Below, piece after piece: positions 20,933 to 31,386 of a DNA stretch of 64,000 nucleotides; position 1 is the first letter of the stretch; every line of letters starts with the position of its first letter. The position numbers and the translations under genes were made by a program. The notes below the pieces were generated by a model. It saw only the letters and a program-made list of their open reading frames with translations, made no database searches and had not been told where the DNA came from. The stretch is from an uncultured Gemmatimonadaceae bacterium (lineage in GTDB: Bacteria; Gemmatimonadota; Gemmatimonadetes; Gemmatimonadales; Gemmatimonadaceae): positions 1,920,001-1,984,000 of the forward strand of contig CAVXGK010000002.1 of assembly GCA_963761305.1 (NCBI GenBank). Reading direction: 5' to 3'.

Positions 20933-23775
20933 TCAAGTCCCAGGCGTCAGACGGTACGCCTCTACACTCGGCCGCAACGGGCGCAGGAGCCAGTACGGCC
21001 GTCGCATCCCGTCAGGCCCTGGCGCCGGCCTCGCCTTGGCCAGCCATTCCTTGTAGACCGCGTGGCTGCGCACCGTGTCGACGACGACGTCGCCTTCCTG
21101 ATCGCCCGGCTCGGCTTTCGTCACGCGCACCTTCTGATGCCACGCGTGCGCGCCGCTGATCGGATCGGGATGCACGGGGAACGTGAGATTCTGATGGACG
21201 CCCGCGCTCTGCCACCACACGCGACCCGAATCGCGGTCGTCGCTCTCGAACGGCTCGACGCCTTTCAGGCGACGCATGCGCCAGCGTCCGTCGCCACGCT
21301 CCTCCAGGCGAACGAGCGCCGAGCTCCAGCGGTCGGTGCCCTGCTTGTCGTCGACGCGCCAGCGGCCCATGTGGTGTGAGCACGCGACCACCCCGGGCCG
21401 AATGCCTTCGGTCACCCACGCGGGCACGACGAAGTAGCCGATTTCAGTGGTGACGCGAAGTAGCTCTCCGAGCTCGATGCCGAGCTTTGCCGCATCGGCG
21501 GTGTGAATCCACAGTGGGTTCGAGTGGGCGATCTCGTTCAGCCATTTCGCGTTTCCAGTTCTCGTATGGACGAGCACCGGAAGCCGGAACGTGGGCACGA
21601 GCACCACCTCGCCCGCATCTGCATCGAGCGCGGACGGCGCGACGTGGCTCTCGATCGTCGTCGGGATCGCCAGCTCGGGCCAGCCCCATGCGGCGAGCGT
21701 CGGCGAGTAGAACTCGAGCTTTCCCGACGGCGTCGGAAACCCCCGTCGCGCGACGCCGTCGATCATCACGCCGGCCGCGCGCCGGCCTTGCGCGTCTCCC
21801 GGGGGCGCGGGCATCGGCACGATGTTGCTCGACGGCGCCGGCGCTCGCGCCGTGAACACGCGCTGGGTCGACGCGTCGACCGACGACTCGGCGTTCTCCT
21901 CCGCCGAAAGCTCCGATTCGTGTCGCCCGTACGCGCCGACGGGAATCTCGAACGACGCGAACTTCCGCATGAACTCGAGCGGCGTGAGTCCCTCGGCCTG
22001 CGCGGCCGCGGGCAGCCCCGGCACCGAGTTCTCGAAGATCCATCGATAGTACTCGTCGATGCGCAGCTTTTCACCCGGCCGATACGGGCGACTCGAAGTG
22101 CTTGCGAATCCCCATCGAGCCGTCCGGATCGATGCGCCACGAGAGCTCGATCCAGAATTCGTTTTCCTCCCACACCTCGCCCGGATTCACGTCGCGCGTG
22201 TCGGTCACGTCGTGGCCGAGTCGCTCTTCGATCGCGCGCTTCACCGGCTGGCGGAAACCGATCCAACTGCCGGCGTGCGTCTCGAAGCTGGCGAGATCGT
22301 GACGTTCGCTGCCGAGGCCGACCGGCAATACGTAGTCGGCGAACCACGCCGTCTCGCTCCACACGGGCGTGAGCGCGGCGTGCCGACCGATCATCGACTC
22401 GTTGCGCAGCACCTCGATCCACGAGAAACCGTCGGGATTCGTCCAGACGGGGTTGTAGACGCGCGTGAAGTAGACGTCGAGCGATCCGCGGCCTTCCTTC
22501 AAGAAGTGTGGGAGGAGAAAACTCATCTCGAAGAAGGCGAGCGGATACTCCTTGGGCCACGTCAGCTCGTTCCACGTCGTCGGGTGCGGCGGCCGAGCGT
22601 GCGGCGCGGGGACGAACTTCGTCCAGGAGTTCGGCACGACGCCGCCTTCGGTGCCGACGCTCCCGGTGAGCACGTTGAGAAAAAACAGACAACGCGCCGT
22701 CATCCAGCCGCCCAGGTTCCCCGCCGCCGCGGCGCGCCAGTTGTGCGCGCTGAACGCGGGCCCGGCCTTGCCGACCGCGCGCGCCACGGCGAGGATCGTC
22801 GCCGCCGGCACGCCTGTTTCGCGCTCGGTGCGCTCCGGCGTGTACTCGGCGTAGAGACGCTCGAGGTCGCGCACGAACGCGTCGAACGACACCGGCTCGT
22901 TGGGCCGCACCGCGCGAAGGTATTCCTCCCAGTTCACCCACCGGCGCACGAACTCGCGGTCGTAGAGCTTCTCCTGGATCAACACGTTGGCGATCGTCAG
23001 CAGCACTTCGACCTCGCTGCCCGGATACGTCGGCAGCCAGTGGTCGGCGTGCGTCGCCGTGTTGGAGAGCCGCGGATCCATGACGATGATCGTCGCGCCG
23101 CGCTGCTTGGCCTCGATGATTCGCTGGGCGTGCGGATTGAAGTAGTGCCCGCTCTCCAGGTGCGCCGAGATGAGCAGAATGCACTTGGCGTTCGCGTAGT
23201 CGGGGCTCGGCCGATCCATCCCCATCCAGAACGCGTAGCCCGCGCGCGCGCCCGACGAGCAGATGTTCGTGTGGCTGTTGTGCCCATCCACGCCCCAGGC
23301 GGCGAGCACGCGTTCGGTGTAGCCGTCTTCGCCCGGGCGTCCGACGTGGTACATCACCTTGTTCGGCTCGGCGCGCTTGATCGCGCGCGCGAATGCGCCC
23401 CGCGAGATCGTCGAGCGCGTCGTCCCAACTCACGCGTTCCCACTTCCCTTCACCGCGCGCGCCCGCGCGCCGCAACGGAAACAGAATTCGCTCGGGATCG
23501 TGGATCTGATTGAGCGTCGCCGGACCCTTGGCGCAATTCCGTCCTCGGCTCCCGGGATGATACGGGTTGCCCTCGAACTTTCGAACTTCGTTGGTTTCCT
23601 GATCGACGTACGCGACGAGTCCGCACGCGGCCTCGCAGTTGAAGCACGTCGTCGGCACGAGACTGTAGTGTCGTCCGCGCTCGACCCAGTCGTTCCAACG
23701 CTCGAGCGGCGGGAAGGCGGAAAATCCCTCCTGCATCCGACCATTGTCGGAGGGATGAAGACTATCGATCGCCAT
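20933..23775 (-). CDS. Mo/W-bisPGD (DMSO reductase family) oxidoreductase catalytic subunit, no Tat signal; frameshifts near 23388 and 22086
   Basis: FS0 motif CFNCEAACG...RNCAKG, GARGEGKWERVSWDDALD, NSHTNICSS, VMDPRLSNTATHAD, ADYVLP, GFPTPSGKLEFYS, C-terminal dinucleotide-binding domain. Confidence 0.88.
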
Positions 23776-23793
23776 TGCGTCGGCTCGGGAAGC

Positions 23794-25309
23794 TCACGAA
23801 ATCGGGGGACCTTGCCCGGCGAGAATGAACGCGTGTCCGTGAAGCCACAGTCCGCCGAGCGCGAGCACGGCGGCCAGCGCGAGTCGCCGCGCCGCCGATG
23901 AACGAGAGCGGCACGACGAGCGCGACGCCCAGCGCGAGCGACAGCCAGAACAAGCGAGCCTGCGCGCCGCGCGTGAGCGTGTGCGCCGCGGCTCTGGCGT
24001 TCGTCGTGTGATGGCGCTTGAACGCGTCGGCGAGCGCGATGAGCCCCGTGACGAGCGCCGCGCCGGCGAACGTGTACTCGAGCCGCTCCGCCGGTCGCAG
24101 AGCCGGAGATCGCGCCGACGATGATGAGGACCGCGAGTCCGCCCACCAGCGCGTGCACGAGCAGATGCGGAAGCAGCAGTCGCGATTGCCAGAGATCGCG
24201 GCCTTCGCATTGTGCGAGAAGCGGCGCCGTGTAGCCGGCCGTGAACGCACCGGCAACGATCAACACCGGTGCGAGCAGCGTCGAGCCGCGAGTGCGAACC
24301 GTGGCGCGGCGAGCGCCAACCAGGCGACGAGGATCGCGCCGTACAGCGTGATGATGACCGCGCCGCGCGCCAACCAACTGCGCCACTGCGGACGAATGAG
24401 GATCGTCCAAAAACGCTCGGGGCGTTTGAGGTCGCCGACCAGCAGCGCGCCGGTGAGTCCCAGAAAAACGAGCGCGAGCACCGGCGAGACGATTCGCAGC
24501 AATCGGTTGCCGGACCCGAGGTTCGTGTACTGCGCGAAACCGGTGAGCATTCCGAGGCCGGCGGCGATTCCCTTCGTCCAGATGTAGGACGACACCGGCC
24601 AGCCCCACGCGCGTTGTCGCGGCACGTCGTACGCCACACGCGCTGGCTGTGCGGGCTTGCCGGTGTAGATCGGCAGCGGCGTGCGGTCGCGCGTGTCGCG
24701 CGCCGGGCGGTCGGACCACATATAGGTAGCGTCGTGCCGGGCGGCGAGCGGCTCGAGCGTCGCGTCGTGAGCGCCGATGTAGAACGCGTGAGGCTTGGTG
24801 CCCTGCTCCGGCCGTCGCACGGCGACGTCGTGTTCTTTGAGCGCGCGACTGACCTTGCTGGTGGGGTCTTCGAGGTCGCCGAAGAGAAGCGCCTCTTCAG
24901 GGCAGACGACGACGCATGCCGGCAGCAGCCCTTCGTCCACGCGGTGCGAGCAGAAGTTGCACTTCGCCGCGGTGTTCGAGTCCGGATCCATGTAGATGGC
25001 GTCGTACGGACACGCTTGCATGCACGCCTTGCATCCGATGCACGCGTCGTGGTCGAAGTCCACGAGTCCGTCGGGCCGCTGGTACATCGCGGTGACGGGA
25101 CAGACCTCGACGCACGGCGGGTCCTCGCAGTGGTTGCACCGGAGCACGGCGAAGTGCCGCTTCACCTCGGGGAACGTGCCCACCTCGACGTTCTTCACCC
25201 AGGTGCGGAACGCGCCGACGGGAACTTCGTTCTCGGATTTGCACGCGGTGGTGCACGCGTGACAGCCGATGCAGCGGGTCTGGTCGATGACCCAGGCCCA
25301 GCGGGTCAT
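23794..25309 (-). CDS. 4Fe-4S ferredoxin (NrfC/PsrB-like) fused to NrfD/PsrC-like membrane anchor; about three frameshifts (~24290, ~24090, ~23885)
   Basis: CIGCHAC..AC, CNHCEDPPC..VCP, CIGCKACMQACPY, KCNFCSHR...PACVVVCP, then WGWPVSSYIWTKGIAAG, DLKRPERF, SWLARG in the same frame; remaining TM helices follow in successive frames to the stop at 23794. Confidence 0.82.
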
Positions 25310-25457
25310 CGTGCGGCGCGATTCGGGATGGCCAAGCGTCGAGAGTGAGGGGACGGCCGGATATTACTCGGGTGGCAGCCTCGCTCGCTACGTTAGGATT
25401 GAGATGTGGCCTGATGGCGTTGGTCGTGGCGGCCGGCACTCCAGGAGTCAGCGAGAG

Positions 25458-25497
25458 GCGTCAGCGTCAGGAGACGGGCCGCAGTTGACGCTGATGC
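25458..25497. repeat. Hairpin built from GCGTCA/TGA(C/T)GC hexamer repeats
   Basis: gcgtcagcgtcag ... ttgacgctgatgc(tgatgc). Confidence 0.5.
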
Positions 25498-25596
25498 TGA
25501 TGCTAGAGTGACCGCTCCCACGAACCGCCCAATCAGGGCGCACGCAACCCACCCACCGCGCGAAAACCCGGTGCCACGCCTTTCCGTTGTCGATAG

Positions 25597-26289
25597 ATGA
25601 CGACAGTCGGCCTCGTCGGGGGGCTGGGCCCCGAGTCCACGATCGACTACTACCGCCGAATCCTCGATGCGTGGGCAGCGCACGACCCGTCGTCGTCACC
25701 GCCGATCGTCATCGACAGTCTCGACCCAACGCAGGCGCTCAAGCTCGTCGCCACTGACCGCGCCGCGTTCAGCGACTACCTCCTCGGCTCGATCCGACGC
25801 CTCGCGCGAGCCGGAGTCGACTTCATCGCGATGACGGCGAACACGCCGCACCTCGTCTTCGACGAGCTGTCGGCTGCGTCACCGGTCCCGATGCTGAGCA
25901 TCGTCGAGGTCTGCGCCGACGAGGCGCGGCGGCGTGGACTGCGCCGGCTGCTGTTGCTCGGAACGCGTTTCACGATGGAGGCGCAGTTCTATCCGAACGT
26001 CTTCGCGCGCTACGACATCACGGTCGTCGCCCCAGACGACACGGAGCGCACGTGGATCCACGCGCGGTACGTCGATGAGCTGCTCGAGGGCAAGTTCCTC
26101 GATACGACACGGGATGAATTCATCGCGCGCATCACTCGCCTGCGCGATCATCACCACTTCGACGGCATCATCCTCGGCGGGACCGAGCTGCCGCTGTTGC
26201 TGCGCGCGCCCGCCATCGCCGACGTTCCCGTGCTCGACACCACCGAGCTGCACGTGGGGGCAATCGTCGCGCGATTGCGGAATCCCTGA
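25597..26289 (+). CDS. Aspartate/glutamate racemase-family protein lacking both canonical catalytic Cys
   Basis: VGLVGGLGPESTIDYY, IAMTANTPH, LLGTRFTM, ILGGTELP. Confidence 0.88.
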   Translation: MTTVGLVGGLGPESTIDYYRRILDAWAAHDPSSSPPIVIDSLDPTQALKLVATDRAAFSDYLLGSIRRLARAGVDFIAMTANTPHLVFDELSAASPVPMLSIVEVCADEARRRGLRRLLLLGTRFTMEAQFYPNVFARYDITVVAPDDTERTWIHARYVDELLEGKFLDTTRDEFIARITRLRDHHHFDGIILGGTELPLLLRAPAIADVPVLDTTELHVGAIVARLRNP

Positions 26290-26313
26290 ACGGATTTTGC
26301 GGCGCCTCGCGCG

Positions 26314-27270
26314 CTACGCGCGCGTACCCGTCCGGCTCAAGAAATCGGCGATGTTCTGAACGGCTTTGCGCAACCCGAGGTCGATCACCTCGGGGGTCGA
26401 TCCCGCGTTGTGCGGCGTCAACACGACGTTCGGCAGCGCAAGCAGCGGATCGTCCGCGGGAAGCGGCTCTTCATGAAACACGTCGAGCCCCGCCCCGGCG
26501 ATGCGTCCGTCGCGCAACGCATCGACGAGCGCGTCGCGATCGACGAGCGCCCCTCGCGCCGTGTTGATCAGGTACGCCGTCGGCTTCATGAGCGCGAAAC
26601 GGTCGCCAGTGAAGTAGCTCCTCGTCGCATCGCTGAGCCGCCAGTGCAACGTCACGATGTCGGACTCGCGAAGCAGCGTGTCGATCGGCACGAGTTGCGC
26701 ACCCAGCGACGCCGATCTTCCCGCGTCGTCGCTCAACGTCGACGCCAGGAGCCGCATGCCGAACGGCGCCGCGAGCGTCGCCACGCGGCGCCCGATCGCG
26801 CCGAGTCCGACGATGCCGAGCGTTTTCCCCTCGAGCTGCACGAGCCCGCCGTTCGACCACCGGCCGGAACGCACCGCGCGGTCCATCGCCGGGATGCGGC
26901 GGGTGATCGACAACATGAGCGCGATCGTGTGCTCCGCCACGGCGTTGGCGTTGACGCCTGGCGTCGCCATTACCGTCACGTCGCGCTCCTTGCACGCCGC
27001 GAGGTCGATGTGGTCGATGCCGGTTCCCCACACCGAAATGATGCGCAGACGTCCGCACGCCGCGAGCACCGCGCGGCTTACATGCGCGTTTGCGTGGATG
27101 CTGATCATCGCGCCGGCGTCGCCGACGCGACGAATCATCTCGCGCTCGGCGTCCGCGCCCGGTTCAGTGCAGACCGTGACGTCGCCGAGCGTTCGCAGCT
27201 CGCGCTCGGCCGGGGTACCCGCGAAGACACTTGGATAGTCGTCGGGGACGACGATGCGAAGTCCGGACAC
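26314..27270 (-). CDS. D-isomer-specific 2-hydroxyacid dehydrogenase (SerA-like)
   Basis: GTGIDHID, NANAVAEH, GIVGLGAIG, INTARG, GLDVFHEEPL, TPHNAG. Confidence 0.92.
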   Translation of the reverse strand: MSGLRIVVPDDYPSVFAGTPAERELRTLGDVTVCTEPGADAEREMIRRVGDAGAMISIHANAHVSRAVLAACGRLRIISVWGTGIDHIDLAACKERDVTVMATPGVNANAVAEHTIALMLSITRRIPAMDRAVRSGRWSNGGLVQLEGKTLGIVGLGAIGRRVATLAAPFGMRLLASTLSDDAGRSASLGAQLVPIDTLLRESDIVTLHWRLSDATRSYFTGDRFALMKPTAYLINTARGALVDRDALVDALRDGRIAGAGLDVFHEEPLPADDPLLALPNVVLTPHNAGSTPEVIDLGLRKAVQNIADFLSRTGTRA

Positions 27271-27581
27271 GGAATGGGTCGGGTCGGGACTTCAAGATAA
27301 GCTGCCCGAGGTGTCCCGAATGTAGACGCCCGCCCCGTGGCGGACCTCCACGACGCACCTCATCTCGAGTTTGACCAGCGCCTCGCGAACCGTCGCCGGC
27401 GCACGGCCGCATTGCGGCGGTTTTTCCGTTTCGCCGGTAGTGCGGTCAAGACGCTCCGCGCCGAAGACACCTCACAAAGCGGGCTCAGGGATACGCATAT
27501 TGCAACGATTTGACGCCGTGCCGCTGCTCGACAGCGCGCCCAGGGAAGATCATGTTGAGGCTGACTGAGCCCGGGGCGTCC

Positions 27582-28979
27582 ATGCGTCACGCCGCGCCGA
27601 CAACCGCCGATCCGCAGGCCCTCCCTCCCGCCGACCGGCTCTCTCGCCAGATGGGCGTCGTGAGCCTGACCGCGCTTCTCGTTGGCCTCGCGATCGGCAG
27701 CGGCATCTTCCGCGTGCCGAGCACCGTCGCGGCGCAGGTGCCATCGGTCGGCGGCGTGGCGATCATCTGGATCGCCGGCGCACTCGTCGCCCTCGCCGGC
27801 GCGCTTCCGATCGTCGCCGTGACGACCGCGCTGCCGCGATCCGGCGGAACGTACGTGTTCCTGCGCGAAGCCTACGGACCGCTCGTCGGGTTCCTCTACG
27901 GCTGGGTGAAGATGCTCGTCACCGGTCCGGCCGCGCTCGCGGCGCTTGCCCTCATCTTCGCCGAGTACATGCGCGCCTTCGCGACGTTGAGCGACACTCA
28001 GGTGCACCTCGTGGCGGGAGCGCTCGTGGTGGTGCTCACGCTCGCGAATGTCCGATCGTTGCCATGGGGCATGGCGCTGCAGAACGTATCGTCGTTCGCC
28101 AAGGTGGTCGCGCTGGCGATTCTCGCCGTGTTGATCTTCGCGCTCGGCGGCTCGTCACACGGCGCCTTCGCGCAACCCGTCGCGTGGAGCGGCGTCACGA
28201 CGAGCAGCTTCTTCACCGCACTCATCGCCGTGCTCTTCACCTACACGGGCTGGATGGAGTTCACGTACGTGGCGGGCGAGGTGAAGGATCCCGTTCGCAC
28301 GTACCCGCGTGCGCTCTTTGCCGGCATGGCGATCGTCGTCCCCGTGTATTTGATCATCAACGCGGCGTACCTGTACACGCTGCCTCTGCCGGCCATGGCG
28401 AAGTCCACGCTCGTCGCGGCGAGCGCGGCCACCGGCGCGCTCGGCTCGCGGGGCGCGGCGTTCGTGGCGGCGCTGGTCATGCTCTCCACGTTCGGCGCGC
28501 TCAACGGCTCGATCATGGCCAGTCCGCGCGTGTGGTACGCGATGGCCAAGGACGGCCTGTTCTTCCGCTCCATCGCCTCGGTTTCTGCGCGCACCGGTAC
28601 GCCGTACGTGGCGCTTCTGCTCAACATGTCGCTCGGCCTCGTCGCCGTGTTCACGCACACGTTCGAGCAGCTCACGCGCATCTTCGTGTTGGGGCGATGG
28701 CCGTTCATCACACTGGCCGTGGCCACCGTTTTCATCGTGCCACGCCGGCGTCCGGAGCTCGCGCCGCTCTGTCGACGCCTGGGCTATCCCGTCGTTCCGG
28801 CGGCGTTCGTGCTCTTCTCGATCGCGATGCTCGCCAATGAGCTCGTGAAGCGGCCGGCCGACCTGCTGCCGAGCCTCGGCATCGTGGTGGTGGGCATCGT
28901 GGTCTACAACGGAACGCGCGCCTGGAACGGCTGGCGGACGCCCGCACCGGGCGTGGCGCCCGAGGCCGCCGGCTCGTGA
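27582..28979 (+). CDS. APC-family amino acid permease
   Basis: IGSGIFRVP, PRSGGTYVFLREAYG, AGEVKDPVRTYPRA, SPRVWYAMAKDGLFF; alternative start at 27552. Confidence 0.9.
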   Translation: MRHAAPTTADPQALPPADRLSRQMGVVSLTALLVGLAIGSGIFRVPSTVAAQVPSVGGVAIIWIAGALVALAGALPIVAVTTALPRSGGTYVFLREAYGPLVGFLYGWVKMLVTGPAALAALALIFAEYMRAFATLSDTQVHLVAGALVVVLTLANVRSLPWGMALQNVSSFAKVVALAILAVLIFALGGSSHGAFAQPVAWSGVTTSSFFTALIAVLFTYTGWMEFTYVAGEVKDPVRTYPRALFAGMAIVVPVYLIINAAYLYTLPLPAMAKSTLVAASAATGALGSRGAAFVAALVMLSTFGALNGSIMASPRVWYAMAKDGLFFRSIASVSARTGTPYVALLLNMSLGLVAVFTHTFEQLTRIFVLGRWPFITLAVATVFIVPRRRPELAPLCRRLGYPVVPAAFVLFSIAMLANELVKRPADLLPSLGIVVVGIVVYNGTRAWNGWRTPAPGVAPEAAGS

Positions 28980-30154
28980 TTCATTTCGTCGTCACGAAAG
29001 CAGGCAGTGTTTCGATTCGCGCCTATCTCGCCGGCGAGGGAAGCGCGGTCGCGGACCACGTGCGCGTCATGTTGTACGACGACCTCGCGCGGATGCGCCA
29101 GATCCCACTCGGAACGTGGATCTTCGCGGAGAAGGATCGACTCGACCCGGCCCGTCGCGACCTGGCGATGCTCGTCGCCGAGCGCCTGGCCGCTGCGGGA
29201 AACGGCGCGGCGGTGCTCAACGATCCTCGGCACGTGCGCCTGAGGCTCGAGCTGCTCCGTGCCGCTCACGAAGCCGGCATCAACGACCATCGCGTATTCC
29301 CGGCGACCGATATTCGGTTCGGCGGCGTCGCGGGGGACGGCGACGGCGAATCACGAACGATTCGCGCCGACGCGCTCCGCTACCCGGTGTTCATTCGCAT
29401 TGCCGACGACCACGACGGAAATCGTACGCCGCTGATCGATTCTCCGCGCAAGCTCGTCACGGAATTGGCGTCAGTGGTCGCACTCGGAGCGAAGCGGCGG
29501 GATCTGGTCGTCATCGAGTTCTGCGATACGCGGGACGAGCACGGTCTGTATCGCAAATACTCGGCGTACCACATCGGCGGTCGAATTTTGCCGCGCACGA
29601 TCGAATGCAGCCGCGAGTGGATGGTGAAGTGGCGCGCCCGCCTGTTGGATCGCGAACGAGCCGACGACGAACTGCGCTACTGCGAGACCAACCCGCACGA
29701 ATCGTGGATTCGCGAGATGTTCCGCCTGGCGCGAATCGACTATGGTCGTATCGACTACGGGGTGCACAATGGCATTCCGCGACTGTGGGAGATCAACACG
29801 CATCCGTGGATCGGCGGCGGCCCTACGCGGAGTCAAGATCCGGAGGTCGTCGCCTACCGGCGCATGATCGAACCGGCTCGCGAGGCGTTTTTCAATGAAT
29901 TCCGCATGGCGTGGGCGACGATCGACACGCCGGTGAACCCCGGCGAAAGCATACCGTTGACCGTCCCTGATTCTCTCCTCCGCACGATCGATCGCGGATC
30001 GAGAGTCCGGCGACGCAAGGAGCGTTTTGGCTGGATCGTCACCGCGATCGAGGGTCGGCGCGGGGGTTATCGGATGTCGCAGACCCTCAAGCGCGGCGTG
30101 CATCGCGGGCTCACGCCGATCGTGGCCACGTGGCTGAGGACCGGATTGGTGTAG
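28976..30154 (+). CDS. ATP-grasp-like protein of unknown function
   Basis: YPVFIR, LVVIEFCD, DYGRIDYG, LWEINTHP resemble ATP-grasp motifs; GTGA overlap with the permease. Confidence 0.6.
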   Translation: MIHFVVTKAGSVSIRAYLAGEGSAVADHVRVMLYDDLARMRQIPLGTWIFAEKDRLDPARRDLAMLVAERLAAAGNGAAVLNDPRHVRLRLELLRAAHEAGINDHRVFPATDIRFGGVAGDGDGESRTIRADALRYPVFIRIADDHDGNRTPLIDSPRKLVTELASVVALGAKRRDLVVIEFCDTRDEHGLYRKYSAYHIGGRILPRTIECSREWMVKWRARLLDRERADDELRYCETNPHESWIREMFRLARIDYGRIDYGVHNGIPRLWEINTHPWIGGGPTRSQDPEVVAYRRMIEPAREAFFNEFRMAWATIDTPVNPGESIPLTVPDSLLRTIDRGSRVRRRKERFGWIVTAIEGRRGGYRMSQTLKRGVHRGLTPIVATWLRTGLV

Positions 30155-30179
30155 CCGCCTGGCACGGCAGAATTCCACC

Positions 30180-31373
30180 ATGCGCACTCACCGACTCGTC
30201 GTTGTCGCGGCCATTGCCGCTGGTGTTCCGTCGTTCTCCGCCGGCGGCCAGGCACCCGCGGGTTGGAGTTCGTTCACCAAACTCTTTCAGTCGTACGTCG
30301 ACAGCGACAGGGTCGTCGGCGCCAGCGTAGTCGTGCTGAAGGCCGGTCGCGAGACCGGCCGCTACAACACGGGCTTCGCCGACAAAGCCGCCAACGTTCG
30401 CGTCGACTCCGAAACGATCTTCCACTGGGGATCGATCACGAAGAGCCTCACCGCGATCTCGATCATGCAGCTTCGCGACCGCGGCAAGCTGTCGCTCGAC
30501 GACAAAATCGTGCGATGGGTGCCCGAGCTCCGCGCGGTACACGATCCGTACAACATGATCGACAGCATCACCATCCGCATGCTGCTGTCGCACACGGCGG
30601 GCTTTCAGAATCCCACGTGGCCGTACGGAAACGGCGAGCCGTGGGAGCCATTCGAGCCGACGACGTGGAATCAACTCGTCGCGATGATGCCGTATCAGCA
30701 ACTGCTGTTCAAACCGGGCTCGCGCTACAGCTACTCGAACCCGGGGTTCATCTATCTCGCGCGAGTGATCGAGCAGATCACCGGCGACCCGTGGGACGCG
30801 TACGTCCAGAAGAACATCTTCGCGCCGCTCGGAATGAACCGCAGCTATTTCCGGAGCACGCCGTACTTTCTCGCGGCGCATCGGTCGCACAACTACTACG
30901 TGCGTCGCGATTCGGCGACTGGCTTGGTGCGCCTCGTCGACAACGGCGCGGATTTCGATCCGGGGATCACGTCGCCCAACGGCGCCTGGAATGCCCCGGT
31001 GAGCGATCTCGTGAAGTACGTCGCGTTTCTGACGAACGCGATCGTTCCGGGGATGACGCGCGAGCGGTACGACGTCGTGCTGTCGCGCGCGAGCCTGCAG
31101 GAGATGTGGAAGCCGGGGGCGTCGATGTCGCAGAGCTACGAGTCGGCGCCGAACCAGTGGATGGGCCTCTCGTTCTTCGTTCTCGATCGCAACGGCCAGC
31201 GGATATTGGGCCACACGGGCAGTCAGGCGGGATTCCGGTCGTTCTACTATTTCGATCCGGAGACGCAGGCAGGGGTGATCGCCGTGTTCAACACGACGAA
31301 TTTTTCCGCGCCGGCGACGGCGATCCAACGGCAGATGAACGACGCGGCGCTGGGGCTGTTGAAAAAGGAGTGA
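30180..31373 (+). CDS. Secreted serine hydrolase (class C beta-lactamase/DD-peptidase family)
   Basis: SITK (SxxK), LLSHTAG, YSYSN, GHTG. Confidence 0.9.
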   Translation: MRTHRLVVVAAIAAGVPSFSAGGQAPAGWSSFTKLFQSYVDSDRVVGASVVVLKAGRETGRYNTGFADKAANVRVDSETIFHWGSITKSLTAISIMQLRDRGKLSLDDKIVRWVPELRAVHDPYNMIDSITIRMLLSHTAGFQNPTWPYGNGEPWEPFEPTTWNQLVAMMPYQQLLFKPGSRYSYSNPGFIYLARVIEQITGDPWDAYVQKNIFAPLGMNRSYFRSTPYFLAAHRSHNYYVRRDSATGLVRLVDNGADFDPGITSPNGAWNAPVSDLVKYVAFLTNAIVPGMTRERYDVVLSRASLQEMWKPGASMSQSYESAPNQWMGLSFFVLDRNGQRILGHTGSQAGFRSFYYFDPETQAGVIAVFNTTNFSAPATAIQRQMNDAALGLLKKE

Positions 31374-31386
31374 CTGAGGGGCGCGG

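Noticed and set aside
22071..22073. Second selenocysteine TGA, in the molybdoenzyme
   Set aside because: It arises from the frameshift near 22086; the corrected frame reads ESPYRPGEKLRIDEYY
17042..24300. Programmed ribosomal frameshifting or genuinely split genes
   Set aside because: No slippery heptamers, and many breaks across unrelated genes fit sequencing indels better
25597..31373. vanHAX-type glycopeptide resistance cluster
   Set aside because: The ATP-grasp-like protein lacks D-Ala-D-Ala/D-Lac ligase motifs, there is no VanX or VanRS, and the genes are on mixed strands
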